Positions 7,274-17,200 are shown, numbered from the stretch's first letter. The stretch: DNA of 36,519 nt from a virus (IMGVR_UViG_3300048080_000159:1-36519), one strand, 5' to 3'. Program-made: numbers and translations. Notes: generated from the letters alone by a model not told the origin.

Positions 7274-7667
7274 AGATCACCTGCCATGAAGAGGGTTGTT
7301 TGATTTCAAGCCGCGTGCCGCCGGTGATGGTCAACGTCGGAATCAGGTTCAGCCGGTTGATGTCGACCTTTTCACTGGCGATAGCGATGTCGATGACATG
7401 ACCATCGTCCAGCAACCATTGCAGGGCTTCATGGGCGTAAGCCTCAGCATCGCGCTGGGTCTGTGACGTCAGCTTCACCCGACGCAATAGCCACAGTCGG
7501 GAGCCGATGCGGTCATCCGTGACCGGCGGATAGCTATCGCCCCACCAACCAAAGCGATCGTCGTCATCAACAGGGTCATCGATTTCTGCTCGGCGCCAGG
7601 TGTACAGGCTGATCGTCACGGCGCGAATAAGAGCAGCTTCAACATCGGAAGGGATGACCATGCTCAA
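7263..7667 (-). CDS. Mu gp46-like baseplate protein
   Basis: ISL.T.RRA, GWWGD, IGSRLWLL.R.K and EALQWL.DDG motifs. Confidence 0.92.
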   Translation of the reverse strand: MSMVIPSDVEAALIRAVTISLYTWRRAEIDDPVDDDDRFGWWGDSYPPVTDDRIGSRLWLLRRVKLTSQTQRDAEAYAHEALQWLLDDGHVIDIAIASEKVDINRLNLIPTLTITGGTRLEIKQPSSWQVIYAV

Positions 7668-8170
7668 CCTCCCGCGACAGGTACGCCGCTCTGGCCACTA
7701 CCAGCCTGGACACCACCATGAAGGTGATTAATTTGGCTGATCCCGCCGGCGACCTGATCGCCCTGCGAAACGATTTCCCCGGTCTGGTTGATCACTGGCG
7801 AATCAATGTTCACCGCGGTCGTGGCTTTGATGTTCAGGGTTTGTGTTTCGATGTCGATGATTCGACCGCGCTTGAAGTGGATGCGATCGCCTTCGTCGGT
7901 GTAGATGGCCACCTCGCCAGCCTCCAATGCTTGGATCCGGTACCGGCGATCTGCCGCCACCAGCACAACCGCATGGGAGCGATCACCACCGATGAATGCC
8001 GCTAGCACCTCGGCACCGGCCAGCGGGTTGCTGGTGAATCCATAGGGTTCGAAGTGTTCGGCGCCGTCCTTGAGCTCACCAGCGGTGAGGCGGACTTGTA
8101 GGCCTTGGAGCTTTTTTGCGGCATCGACCAGCACCACCGTGCCGCGGGCGAGTATATTTTTCATATTCAT
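7664..8170 (-). CDS. Mu gp45-like baseplate spike
   Basis: EHFEPYGFTSNP, GG.RSH, GEVAIY.DEG and C-terminal HLHGGV metal-binding tip. Confidence 0.92.
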   Translation of the reverse strand: MNMKNILARGTVVLVDAAKKLQGLQVRLTAGELKDGAEHFEPYGFTSNPLAGAEVLAAFIGGDRSHAVVLVAADRRYRIQALEAGEVAIYTDEGDRIHFKRGRIIDIETQTLNIKATTAVNIDSPVINQTGEIVSQGDQVAGGISQINHLHGGVQAGSGQSGVPVAGG

Positions 8171-9282
8171 TTTTTTGGCTCGTAGTCAGCGGGGATCAGG
8201 TATTCGAAGTTGTCGCCCTTGCCGCCCTTCTTCACCTTCCTTTTGCCATGCGGATCTTTCGGCTCAGGCTCAAAACTCTCAGGCGGACCCACCTCCAACT
8301 TGGTGAGCATCCCCTGCTCGCTCAGCGTGTAGGTGATGCGCGAGATCAACATGTCTCGGTCCATGCCAATGATGGGGTCGATCACCCTGACGACCGTGTT
8401 GTGGCGCCAAAGCTGGCCATTGGATTGGCGCCATCCCTGAACCACATAGGTGACGGTGAGCGCCTTCCCCATTCGGCTACTGCGTTCCCAGTTGGCCCGC
8501 GACTGCGCCAACTCATTGGTCACTTGCCCGGATTCCTGAATGATCATTACCCGTTTGCGCGTGGTGCGATCGTCAGCTGCGCTAGCCGAAACCTCAGCAG
8601 CATCCGGCCCGAATTCATCGTCGGTACCGCTCTTCTGGCCCAGCACCTGGTACTCGGAAAACACCCCGGAGAAGTCGAGCGGCGCGTCTCCGGTCTTGAC
8701 GTTCTTGCCCACCTCAATTGCATCGAAGGTGCGGCCACCACTGCCTGGGCTGGCCAGCACGGCGGCGCCGCGTGCGTCGTCCGTAGAGAACACCCGAAAC
8801 AGCGTCAACAGCCGATCAATGGATGCGAACACTGTCTCGCCTGGCTCGATGGTGTGGTCAGAAAGTTTTCCGCCTTCGGGGATCTCACTGTTCACCGTGA
8901 TGCCATAGGGCGCAGCCAACGCTTTTACGATGGCCAGCACCGCCTGGTTGTTCCATTGCCCAGGCTTGTTGACTGCCGCGCAGTCCACCAAGTCCGCCGT
9001 CAAGGATCGCCCGCTGATCGTCTTGGTGATTTGCTTATCGTCGTAGCTGACCGGTGTTGCAAACACCCACGCCGTCAGCACCAGGTCATTGCCGATCCGC
9101 ACTTGGCACTTGTCACCCTGCCGGATGGGTACGTTTTGCACTTGCCCCGGCCACTTCCAAGTCAACGACACATTGAAAGAACGGGCCTGGTCTTCAAGGC
9201 CCGCGGTGATCTCCACCGATTTCCAGCCGAAGTAGTCCAGGCCATTCACCGTGAGGCTGACCGCGTTTTGTTCATCAGGCAT
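8167..9282 (-). CDS. Mu gpP (gp44)-like baseplate hub
   Basis: GW.SVEI.AGLE..ARSF, GRS.TADLVDC, FSEY.V.GQ and GWRQ..G.LW..N motifs. Confidence 0.92.
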   Translation of the reverse strand: MPDEQNAVSLTVNGLDYFGWKSVEITAGLEDQARSFNVSLTWKWPGQVQNVPIRQGDKCQVRIGNDLVLTAWVFATPVSYDDKQITKTISGRSLTADLVDCAAVNKPGQWNNQAVLAIVKALAAPYGITVNSEIPEGGKLSDHTIEPGETVFASIDRLLTLFRVFSTDDARGAAVLASPGSGGRTFDAIEVGKNVKTGDAPLDFSGVFSEYQVLGQKSGTDDEFGPDAAEVSASAADDRTTRKRVMIIQESGQVTNELAQSRANWERSSRMGKALTVTYVVQGWRQSNGQLWRHNTVVRVIDPIIGMDRDMLISRITYTLSEQGMLTKLEVGPPESFEPEPKDPHGKRKVKKGGKGDNFEYLIPADYEPKK

Positions 9283-9285
9283 TGG

Positions 9286-10587
9286 CTACCTCTGGGCGAT
9301 TTTGATGGGCACCGCCGGCACGAAGCCCGGATGCTTAATGCGGTTGCGCTGCACCACCTCCGGTGAACGCGTTGCATCGCCGAAGCGTCTGTATGCCAGC
9401 ACCAATGCCGACAGGGTTTCAGGCGGCGTGATGTCGACCAACTTGACCCCGGATTGCGCGACGGCCGTCAGGTGCTTCACCACTGTCTGCCGAAAGTTGT
9501 TCAGCGCCAGATAGTGCTCAGGATCAGCCTTCAGCGATGCTTCGTGAATGGCCTCATTGAGGTTGTCCCGAAGTTCGATCACGTCGTCAGCCACCGGCAC
9601 GTCGGGCCGAACAATGGGCTGGAGTGCCTGTTGCTCAACGGAAGGCATCGACTCAATTGACTCCGGCTGAGGGGCCACCGGCATTTCGCTCACGATCAGA
9701 CCGATCTGCACCAAGGTTGAATCCTGCACCAGGTTTGCGGTGGCCTGCGACGCAGTGATCGCATCGGTGCCGCCGATAGAGCTGACGGTGTTTATGCTGC
9801 TGACTGCCTCCGTCTGCTGGCTGGCTTCGGCGACAGCCCCGCGGTAACCGCCGCCATCATTGCCAGCGCCGGAGCTAGTGCCAGAACTGGACCGGCCACT
9901 TGAACTTGAGCTGAAAAAATCGAAGCCAGAAAAGCTGCTGAAGTAGCTGGAGAAGAGCGAGGGCAGAGAGCCGGGGGAATTGATCAGTGACTGCGCGAAA
10001 CCCGTAACATCCGTGAAGACACTCACGAACGGCGCGAACTGCTGCTGAATGACTGAGAAGACGTTCGTCAGGCTGTTGCGCATTTGCAGCAACCCGAGCC
10101 GGGCTTGATTCACTGTACCCATGGCGGTCTTGTACCGATTGAGCGAAGACGTCAGCAGGCTTTCAGACGAATTCACCACTTGCGCCTGGGTGTTGACCTT
10201 CGCCGCGGGCGTCTTCAGTGGCACGTCCGGATAAAAAGTCAGCTCAAAACTGACCATGCCACCGCCCACGAAGTCGTGGGACATATCGCACTCGCCCACC
10301 TTGACCTGCATTTTTCCGAGCCAAGGGTGCACCAACTCCCCGGCACCCGGAGTGTTCAGCGCTTCGATCAACTTGTCTCGCCGCTCGAAACAATCATCAC
10401 CGATGACCCACGCCGTCATCTTGTGCACCTGGGACTGCTTGCCCAGTTGCTCAAAGAACGGTGTGTCTCGCTGAGGAAATTCGTGCAGCTGGCCCTTCAT
10501 GCCCACCGGCACCGAGGTCTGGGGGATCAAGAAGCTGATCCCCCGGAACGAAGCCGGCAACAACTTATCACGCCACGTCGCTGTCAT
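9286..10587 (-). CDS. Mu gpN-like DNA circularisation protein
   Basis: W...L.PASFRG..F, HEFP.RD, GELVHPW.G and N.I.HPGFVP motifs. Confidence 0.92.
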   Translation of the reverse strand: MTATWRDKLLPASFRGISFLIPQTSVPVGMKGQLHEFPQRDTPFFEQLGKQSQVHKMTAWVIGDDCFERRDKLIEALNTPGAGELVHPWLGKMQVKVGECDMSHDFVGGGMVSFELTFYPDVPLKTPAAKVNTQAQVVNSSESLLTSSLNRYKTAMGTVNQARLGLLQMRNSLTNVFSVIQQQFAPFVSVFTDVTGFAQSLINSPGSLPSLFSSYFSSFSGFDFFSSSSSGRSSSGTSSGAGNDGGGYRGAVAEASQQTEAVSSINTVSSIGGTDAITASQATANLVQDSTLVQIGLIVSEMPVAPQPESIESMPSVEQQALQPIVRPDVPVADDVIELRDNLNEAIHEASLKADPEHYLALNNFRQTVVKHLTAVAQSGVKLVDITPPETLSALVLAYRRFGDATRSPEVVQRNRIKHPGFVPAVPIKIAQR

Positions 10588-12647
10588 TAGTTGGGCCTCA
10601 TAACACCGATGGTTCGGGTACCGACACTGGGCTTGATGCTCAGGCCCGGTTGATTGGTTTTCGCTTGATCGACGGTGGTACCTGGTGGAGCACCGGGGAT
10701 GTTGATGGTGATCTCGCCGTTGAGCTTCGGTGCCTGATTGCCCGATGCCTGTTGAAGCAGGCCGCTCGACTGGTTGGCCAGATTCGGTCGACTCAACAAC
10801 TTGTCAGTACTCGGGATGCCTGCCGCGTTTTTCATCATCCGTTGATAACGCTGGGCACCTTCGACTGCACCGGCTTCAACGAACGCACCGTCACCACCGC
10901 CCGGTCCGGCGTTGCGTACGCGCTGCTCTTCGGCGAACTCGTTAGCTTTGTTGGTGGCGGCTTTGATGATTCCTTCACCCCCCTCGCCGCCGCCGAAGTA
11001 CTTCATCATCGGCTCGATAATCGGTTTCAATTTCGCCCATAGCTTCTGGAACCACTCAGTGATGGGTGCCCAGTTCTTGGCAATCATCCCGAGCGGCGTC
11101 CACTCAAACATGCGCCCGAGGAAATCCATTACCGGCGTGGAGACAGCGACAAGAACATCCCAAAGCCCCGAGAACAACTCAGTCAACGGCCCCCAGTTTT
11201 CCATCACCATCGGGATCGGAGTGAATGCAAAGGCCTGCTTAAACCAGCCCCACAGGATCATGGCCGGACCTTTGATCTTTTCCCAGATCGCCTCGAAGTA
11301 CGGCGCAACGCTCGCCCAGTTGGCAATCAACAGGCCCGCCGCTAGCGCGATGCCGCGAACGATTATCCCGATCGGCGACATTGCGGTGACGGCACTGAGG
11401 ATCTTGGTTGCAACCACGGCGCCCATCACCGCGACACGCAGCACGCCGAAGGCAACGCCTGCACCCAACACCCCGCGAATAACGCCAGGGTGCTCAGCGG
11501 CGAGCGAAGACATTTGAGAGATGGCTGGGCCGATCTGGTCCATGAATTCATTGAATGGCGGTAGAAGACCGGAACCCACCGCGACACCCAAACGAGTGAC
11601 CTTGTTGGTCAGCAACTGCATGGAGTTGGCAGTGGTCGCAGATCGCGCCGTGTACTCCGCCTCCATCGAGCCAGCAAATTTTCCTTCCTTGGCCACAGCG
11701 CCGAAGCTGGATTTCAGCAAGTCGAGGTTGGTCAACAGCGGCGCGATGGCCGAAACCGATTCGGTACCGAAGAGCTGGGTGAGCAATCCGGCTTGCTTCG
11801 CCGGATCGACCTTGGCGATGCGCTCGAGCACATCTTCGATGGTGCCCTGCGCATCCTTTTGCATGCTCTTCGAAACTTGCTTCACGTCCAGCCGCAACGA
11901 CTTGAACGCCTCCGACTGTTGCTTGGTGGCTGCGCTGCCCTTGGTCAGCGACAGCATAAAGTTCTTCATGCCCGTCGCAGCGACTTCACTGGGTACGCCC
12001 ACCCCCGCAAGCGTTGCGCCCATTGCGGCAACCTGCCCCGCCGACAGGCCGGCGATGCCACCCAACGAGCCGATCCGGGTCACGATGTCGGAAATCTGCG
12101 CCGCCGATGAAGGCCCGATGTTGCTCAAGTAGTTGATCTTGTCAGCCAGGGTAACGACTTCCGGCTGCGTCATTTTGAAGGAAGTGCGCCACTTGGCCAT
12201 CATGTCGCCGGACTGGTCGGCCGTCTGATCGAAGGCGATTCCCATCTTCACCGCGTCCTCGGCGAACTGCTTCAGCTCACCTCGGGCGAAACCGGCCTGG
12301 CCACCGGCAGCAACGATGGCTGCGATGCCGCTCGCCGCCATCGGCATTTTCTCCGACATATCAAGCACGTCCTGCCCCATCTGCTTGAACTGTTCGGGCG
12401 TGTCGAAGGTAACCACCTTCTTCACATCGGCCATGGACGTTTCGAATTCCATGGCAGCACGGGCACCGGCGATGAACGGCGCCGCAAAGGCGCCGCCCTG
12501 CAACATATCCTTAAAGCCGATGTTGCCAAGGCCGGTGCTGTTCATCTGTTTGCGGAAGCCCGCAACGTTCTTGCGGATCCCGGTCAGTGTCGGCGACAGC
12601 TTGTCGACGCCGGTGATCAACGCCTTGAGCTGGAACTTGTCCGCCAT
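10587..12647 (-). CDS. Tail tape measure protein (TP901-type core)
   Basis: A.EFE..MADV.KV, LFG.E motif, Ala/Gly-rich with Trp repeats; position after the chaperones. Confidence 0.93.
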   Translation of the reverse strand: MADKFQLKALITGVDKLSPTLTGIRKNVAGFRKQMNSTGLGNIGFKDMLQGGAFAAPFIAGARAAMEFETSMADVKKVVTFDTPEQFKQMGQDVLDMSEKMPMAASGIAAIVAAGGQAGFARGELKQFAEDAVKMGIAFDQTADQSGDMMAKWRTSFKMTQPEVVTLADKINYLSNIGPSSAAQISDIVTRIGSLGGIAGLSAGQVAAMGATLAGVGVPSEVAATGMKNFMLSLTKGSAATKQQSEAFKSLRLDVKQVSKSMQKDAQGTIEDVLERIAKVDPAKQAGLLTQLFGTESVSAIAPLLTNLDLLKSSFGAVAKEGKFAGSMEAEYTARSATTANSMQLLTNKVTRLGVAVGSGLLPPFNEFMDQIGPAISQMSSLAAEHPGVIRGVLGAGVAFGVLRVAVMGAVVATKILSAVTAMSPIGIIVRGIALAAGLLIANWASVAPYFEAIWEKIKGPAMILWGWFKQAFAFTPIPMVMENWGPLTELFSGLWDVLVAVSTPVMDFLGRMFEWTPLGMIAKNWAPITEWFQKLWAKLKPIIEPMMKYFGGGEGGEGIIKAATNKANEFAEEQRVRNAGPGGGDGAFVEAGAVEGAQRYQRMMKNAAGIPSTDKLLSRPNLANQSSGLLQQASGNQAPKLNGEITINIPGAPPGTTVDQAKTNQPGLSIKPSVGTRTIGVMRPN

Positions 12648-12649
12648 CA

Positions 12650-12819
12650 CTACACCTGCTGAAGTTCGTTAATGCGTTGGGCGTGCTCAAGGCATTCCGT
12701 GAGCGCATCCAGTGGCCTGGCCATCATCTGTTCGGGGTCAACCTTCCAGAACCAGGCCAGGTCGTAGGCGACTGAAATCAGGTCGTTGATGGAGCCGACG
12801 CCGCACTCATGAAAAAACC
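12650..12819 (-). CDS. Frameshift extension of the tail assembly chaperone (G-T type)
   Basis: Slippery GGTTTTTTC at 12819-12811. The -1 frame reads HECGVGSINDLISVAYDLAWFWKVDPEQMMARPL...LQQV to TAG at 12650, next to the tape measure start. Confidence 0.8.
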
Positions 12820-13074
12820 GGCGACCGCCCAGCTCAGCGCGTTGAGGTCAGCCAGGTCCAGTTGATTGACCGACGACGGCGGGATGCCTGCACAGACCGC
12901 GATGTATTTCGCGGCCACATCCATGTCGAGGCCGACCTCTTCGTTTTTGTCGATCCGATACGGCAGCGCCTTGATGGCGCGTACTTCCTGTACGGTCGGC
13001 CGACGCAACGTCAGCTCGGTCAAAGGCTCGCCGTGGGCCTCGATGGCTACCTGAAGTTTTACTGCGCCCGTCAT
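12778..13074 (-). CDS. Tail assembly chaperone (Mu gp41-like)
   Basis: ELTLRRPT, IPPSSV.QLD..D and GFF motifs; ATGA overlap with the tube stop. Confidence 0.88.
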   Translation of the reverse strand: MTGAVKLQVAIEAHGEPLTELTLRRPTVQEVRAIKALPYRIDKNEEVGLDMDVAAKYIAVCAGIPPSSVNQLDLADLNALSWAVAGFFMSAASAPSTT

Positions 13075-13418
13075 TGCCACACCCCTTTGATGCCGTCGAA
13101 TTGCAGTTCAATGGTGCCGTCATCGCCTTTCGACGTCGGCTCGTCGACCAGGTACGCACCCGAAAGCACGTAGACCTTGCCGTTGTTGAATTCACAGGTG
13201 ACCGTCATATCCGTGCCTTCGGTCAGCGTCTTGATCGATAGAGCCGGGTCGTGGATGGCGGTCATCTTCAGATAAGGCGCCAGCTCCTCCTCCTTGTAGA
13301 AGCCCGGATAAACCGTCTCCCGTTTTTTATCCATCAACGGCGCCTCGGCGCCACCGGTGACGGTCAGCTGCATCCCGTCCACTTTGATGTAGGCCGTGCC
13401 CGCTACTTTTTTGCCCAT
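13071..13418 (-). CDS. Tail tube protein (Mu gpM-like)
   Basis: AGTAYIKVDG.QL N-terminus; follows the sheath. Confidence 0.9.
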   Translation of the reverse strand: MGKKVAGTAYIKVDGMQLTVTGGAEAPLMDKKRETVYPGFYKEEELAPYLKMTAIHDPALSIKTLTEGTDMTVTCEFNNGKVYVLSGAYLVDEPTSKGDDGTIELQFDGIKGVWQ

Positions 13419-13437
13419 GGGTTGTATCTCCAGAATG

Positions 13438-13461
13438 AAAAAGCCCGCTAAAGGCGGGCTT
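13438..13461 (-). terminator. Terminator-like hairpin between sheath and tube
   Basis: Minus strand AAGCCCGC-CTTTA-GCGGGCTTTTT. Confidence 0.65.
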
Positions 13462-13478
13462 GGTGATCGTGGTCAGCG

Positions 13479-14975
13479 TTACGCGGCGGCGTCGTACTGG
13501 AGGCGGAACTGGTTGAGCAACGCAAAAATGCGCAGGCCGTTGATGTAGTCCGGCGGGAACAACACGTTCACGCGGCTCGGGTCATTGCTGTCGCGCTCCA
13601 CCACCAGGTGCTCGGCGAACAGGTCGGCGTTTTCCACATGCCCTTCCAGTTCGAGCTTGGCGTATTGCGCAATCAGCTCGCCGCGAATGGTGCTCGGCGT
13701 GACGATCGGCTGGCCGGCACCGAAGCGCGTACCGTCACTGGCCAACTTGTGGCGACCGTACTTGCTGGTGATAACGCTCTGCATGCGCCGGATGATGAAC
13801 GCCGACTGGTGCATGGTCTCGCTGTCCAGGTAGGAGTTGTCCGCCTGGCCATATGCGTTCTTCTGGTAGGTGGTGATCGATCGCTGAATGCGCACGTATC
13901 CACCTTCGTAGTAGGCCGTAGCCAGGCCGTAGGTCAGTAGCGATTGACGCTCCGTGAGCGTGAAGCGCTCGCTGGCCGGTGCTGGATCCAGCCCGGGCAG
14001 AGAGCCGCTTTGCGTTGGCCGGCTGGCATCTGCCGAGATGAACACCGAGGTGCGAGCCGCCAATGCTGCTGCCTGTACCCAGACTGGCTGTGGCACGCCA
14101 GGCTCCACCGCCTGGATGGTCATGTGCTGATCGTTGCGGGCTTGGCCTGCAGCCACCAGCGTACCCAGGGTGCCGCGCTTCGCCGTGTAGACGTGGCCGA
14201 ACAGTTGTTTCGCCCAGCTCCAGCGGCCGGTGTTGTCGTCCATCGCATCTTTCCACGCATTCAGCGTGGTCGTGTCCGACCAGGGCACGCAGATGAATTC
14301 GAAAGGCTCGTCGCCCAGCGCCGCTACTGCATCGATCTGATCAGGCGCACCGACGCCCCCAGTCATCTGGGTCGCAAAAACAGTCAGGCCCGCTGGAGTC
14401 GCCTCGCCATTGGACTTGCCTAGGCGATTCAGGACCAGACCAATGTCGTTGCCGCTCTCACCCTTCCACTTACAAGTGAGCGTGATGACACCCGCGACAG
14501 CCAGGGCGGTGACTGGCAGGTCTGGCGTGGCGTTGATCTTCACGGCCAATGCCGACGCCGCGATGGTCGGAGTAGCCGCCGCCACAACGACCGACTGCAC
14601 ACGAACACCACCGACGTACAGGTTCAATAACCCGGGCTCGGTCGCTGCACCGGTGATAGTGACCGTCGCTGTTGCAGCGGTACCGGTATCGTTCTGAAGC
14701 GGCAGGCACCAGATCTCGCCAATCGGATCAGTCTTGCGCCAGGTTTCGTACATCGCCGCCAGCATCGAGCCTTGCCCGCCGATGTCCTTGGCAAGACCCA
14801 GGCTCGACACCAGCACCAGCTGGCCAATGCTTTCGCTGGTGGCGTCACCATTGACCTGGGCGACGATCAGCCGGCGCATCGCCGACGATGCACTGTTAGC
14901 CGCCGAATTATCCATCTCCGCATAGAACAGCGGCACACGGATATCGGCGGGAATGTTACTGAATCCGATAGCCAT
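13479..14975 (-). CDS. Contractile tail sheath (Mu gpL-like)
   Basis: F..IP...RVPLFYAE.DNS.A, ITTYQKN.YG..D.SYLD.ET and KY.RHKLA motifs. Confidence 0.95.
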   Translation of the reverse strand: MAIGFSNIPADIRVPLFYAEMDNSAANSASSAMRRLIVAQVNGDATSESIGQLVLVSSLGLAKDIGGQGSMLAAMYETWRKTDPIGEIWCLPLQNDTGTAATATVTITGAATEPGLLNLYVGGVRVQSVVVAAATPTIAASALAVKINATPDLPVTALAVAGVITLTCKWKGESGNDIGLVLNRLGKSNGEATPAGLTVFATQMTGGVGAPDQIDAVAALGDEPFEFICVPWSDTTTLNAWKDAMDDNTGRWSWAKQLFGHVYTAKRGTLGTLVAAGQARNDQHMTIQAVEPGVPQPVWVQAAALAARTSVFISADASRPTQSGSLPGLDPAPASERFTLTERQSLLTYGLATAYYEGGYVRIQRSITTYQKNAYGQADNSYLDSETMHQSAFIIRRMQSVITSKYGRHKLASDGTRFGAGQPIVTPSTIRGELIAQYAKLELEGHVENADLFAEHLVVERDSNDPSRVNVLFPPDYINGLRIFALLNQFRLQYDAAA

Positions 14976-15181
14976 TATTGCGCTTCCTCGGGTTTCGGCG
15001 TGGTGACGCCCTTCGTGGATTGGGCTTTATCAGCCTTGAGCGTTACGTCCCCATCCGCCTGGCGGCGGCGCCACCATGCGTTGTCTGGGACTTCCCGGCC
15101 TTCAACAGGCAACAAGTCGCCAGCCTCCGGATCGGGCACAGAGCGGCCAGAGGCCGGCACCACTGTGATGCGTTTGGTCAT
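14975..15181 (-). CDS. DUF2635 / Mu gp38-like protein
   Basis: P..GR.VPDP..G.LLP.EGR.V....WW.RR..DGDV motif. Confidence 0.88.
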   Translation of the reverse strand: MTKRITVVPASGRSVPDPEAGDLLPVEGREVPDNAWWRRRQADGDVTLKADKAQSTKGVTTPKPEEAQ

Positions 15182-15768
15182 GGTGTTACGTCTCCTGAGA
15201 ATTTCGCTTCAATGCGCCCATCCGGGCCAGGTCGTTGCAGGTTTGGATCTGCTGGATCGATGCAGTCCATGTCGAAGTCAACGCCGGTGAACGGCGCCAA
15301 GCCATCAAGTTCAAGCTCATGCCACGTCTCGGCCGGATCACTTTGCTCGCTACGTCCGAGCTGGAACTCGGCCGTGAATAGAAACTGGTACACCACCCGC
15401 GCCCTACTGGTGTGAAGCAACGCGCCTTTTCCATATTCGACAGGCTCGTATTCCGGGGCCGGGCACCAACCGATTAAGGATCGCCAGAGTTCAGCGCGAA
15501 GGTCGTGCAACAAATCGTTGGCCTCTTGGCCACGTTCATCGCCAGCCTCTAGAACAATCACCACAGCGAACTGATCGGTGATGTCTTGAATGACAGCGTT
15601 CTGCGCTTTGTTCGGCCCACCTGCATCTGCTGACGCAATGACATATGCCGCAGGAAATGTGAGCTTTGCGCTTTCCACAACAGCATCCCAGTCGATGCCG
15701 CCAGTGACTCGACCGGCAAAGGTGGGGCACGTCATTCGAAGGTGAGCAACGATAGGGTTCAATTTCAT
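15178..15768 (-). CDS. Tail terminator/completion protein
   Basis: CP.F.GRV.GG, PAAYVI and LWR.L.GW motifs; position before the sheath. Confidence 0.8.
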   Translation of the reverse strand: MKLNPIVAHLRMTCPTFAGRVTGGIDWDAVVESAKLTFPAAYVIASADAGGPNKAQNAVIQDITDQFAVVIVLEAGDERGQEANDLLHDLRAELWRSLIGWCPAPEYEPVEYGKGALLHTSRARVVYQFLFTAEFQLGRSEQSDPAETWHELELDGLAPFTGVDFDMDCIDPADPNLQRPGPDGRIEAKFSGDVTP

Positions 15769-15786
15769 TGACTAAATCCCTGGTAT

Positions 15787-15816
15787 AAAAAAACCCCGCA
15801 GATGCGAGGTTTTTTT
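15787..15816. terminator. Bidirectional terminator-like hairpin after the neck-region moron
   Basis: A7-CCCCGCA-GA-TGCGAGG-T7. Confidence 0.7.
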
Positions 15817-15827
15817 GAAGAAGTTAT

Positions 15828-16223
15828 TCAGCCCTTTTTAAAACTTTCCATTACAGCGCCAACATCAATGTCGGATGGCAGCGGGAGCTTCATAACTGCG
15901 ATGTCGGATTCACTGGAAAACTTAGTCTCGGCCAATTGGCGAGCGCTTCCATTTACCGGTTTGAACTTGTCTGCCTCGTAAAGCCAGACTTGCGGTGGGC
16001 TCTTTCCATTGAGCGTGTAGTTCCAGCAGCCGATCATTGACCGGGTACCGACCACCTTCGATTCACACTCGACAGAGCCTTTCGGGTAAACCTTGTGGTT
16101 CATGTAAATGAGTGTGATTCGGTCGAGTGCGGAGCTTGGTGCTTTGTCAGCAGCCACAGCTGTATTGGTGCTCATGATCAGCACCAGCATGGCGATAGAA
16201 GCAAACAGGTTTAAAGTCTTCAT
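15828..16223 (-). CDS. Moron: exported protein with signal peptide, 131 aa
   Basis: AGGGAG SD before ATG 16223; MKTLNLFASIAMLVLIMSTNTAVA-A signal peptide; two Cys; own terminator. Confidence 0.82.
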   Translation of the reverse strand: MKTLNLFASIAMLVLIMSTNTAVAADKAPSSALDRITLIYMNHKVYPKGSVECESKVVGTRSMIGCWNYTLNGKSPPQVWLYEADKFKPVNGSARQLAETKFSSESDIAVMKLPLPSDIDVGAVMESFKKG

Positions 16224-16275
16224 AACAACTCCCTGTAAATAGAACGCCAAGCCTATCTCAAAGAGGTTTCGCAAG

Positions 16276-16797
16276 TCACGACAACGCGTCAGCGAACGCG
16301 GCTTTCAGAATTGACTCAACTTGCGAAGATGAATCCTGCAGGGCGTCGGCCATGTAGTTGTCTCGTGGCTTGATCCTCCATTCACCAGAAGCACGCTCAG
16401 CCAGCGCTGCGGCGCGAACGCCTTTGGCCCGGCGGTTGGATTTGCCTTTGCCCATCCCGGGCGCCAGCTTTCCAAGCTTCTTCCCACGCTTCACCCCGTA
16501 GTGCAGGTATGCCGGGTAGAACGCCTCCATAGCGGAAGTCTTGGTGGGAGAGATGCGTACCAGAAAGCCCGACCGCGATACCTTGAAACTGATCGAACCT
16601 ACCGTCGCACCAGTTCGATTCACCGGGTATCCGTCCTGGCCTTTGCCAAGCGCGAGATTCATTTGCGCCTTTTGGGTAATCAGCAAGCCGACCTTACGCA
16701 TCCCTGCCCGGATTTTTCTTTTGTCGAAGGCCTCTCGCTCGAACTTGTCGAAGCCTTCGACGTGCAGATATCCATCAATCGAAGCTGAGTTAGACAT
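16276..16797 (-). CDS. HK97 gp10-like neck/tail completion protein
   Basis: P..RTG, FYPAYLHYGV and PR.NYM.DAL motifs; start MSNSAS. Confidence 0.8.
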   Translation of the reverse strand: MSNSASIDGYLHVEGFDKFEREAFDKRKIRAGMRKVGLLITQKAQMNLALGKGQDGYPVNRTGATVGSISFKVSRSGFLVRISPTKTSAMEAFYPAYLHYGVKRGKKLGKLAPGMGKGKSNRRAKGVRAAALAERASGEWRIKPRDNYMADALQDSSSQVESILKAAFADALS

Positions 16798-17200
16798 ATA
16801 TCCCTGCTCCGGATTGTGACGGGGTGATCTCTTCAACTTCCAGAAGCGTGAAGCGTCTGGTGTCGTTCATATCAGCTGAGCGCTTGACGCGGTACAGCGG
16901 CGATTCAGGAACCACCTCATAAACTTCTTCGGTCCCAGGGACGCGCGTCACATGCACGATTTCGTGCGCGTCGGTGATGCCTTTAACGATCCGAAACCAG
17001 ATTCGGTGAGTGACCTTTACCTCGGTTTGCACGCCTTCGGAATAGACCGCCGTGCCCACTGGCTGGATCTTCCCCCAACGGGCTTTCAATTCAGTAAAGA
17101 TCGAATCCAACCCCATATCGCCCGCTGGCAAATCTGTCCTTTGGCGAATGGCCAGGCGCCGGTTTAACTCGCCGGCGGCCGGATCTCGATAAGCGGCCAT
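16790..17200 (-). CDS. Head-tail adaptor / head closure protein
   Basis: AGELNRR..I and TH.I..R motifs; synteny. Confidence 0.85.
   Translation of the reverse strand: MAAYRDPAAGELNRRLAIRQRTDLPAGDMGLDSIFTELKARWGKIQPVGTAVYSEGVQTEVKVTHRIWFRIVKGITDAHEIVHVTRVPGTEEVYEVVPESPLYRVKRSADMNDTRRFTLLEVEEITPSQSGAGIYV

Noticed and set aside
8116-9366. 416-aa + strand ORF, and similar antisense ORFs at 18032-18868, 22433-23137 and 35395-36225
   Set aside because: Shadow frames opposite well-supported GC-rich genes, with no motifs.
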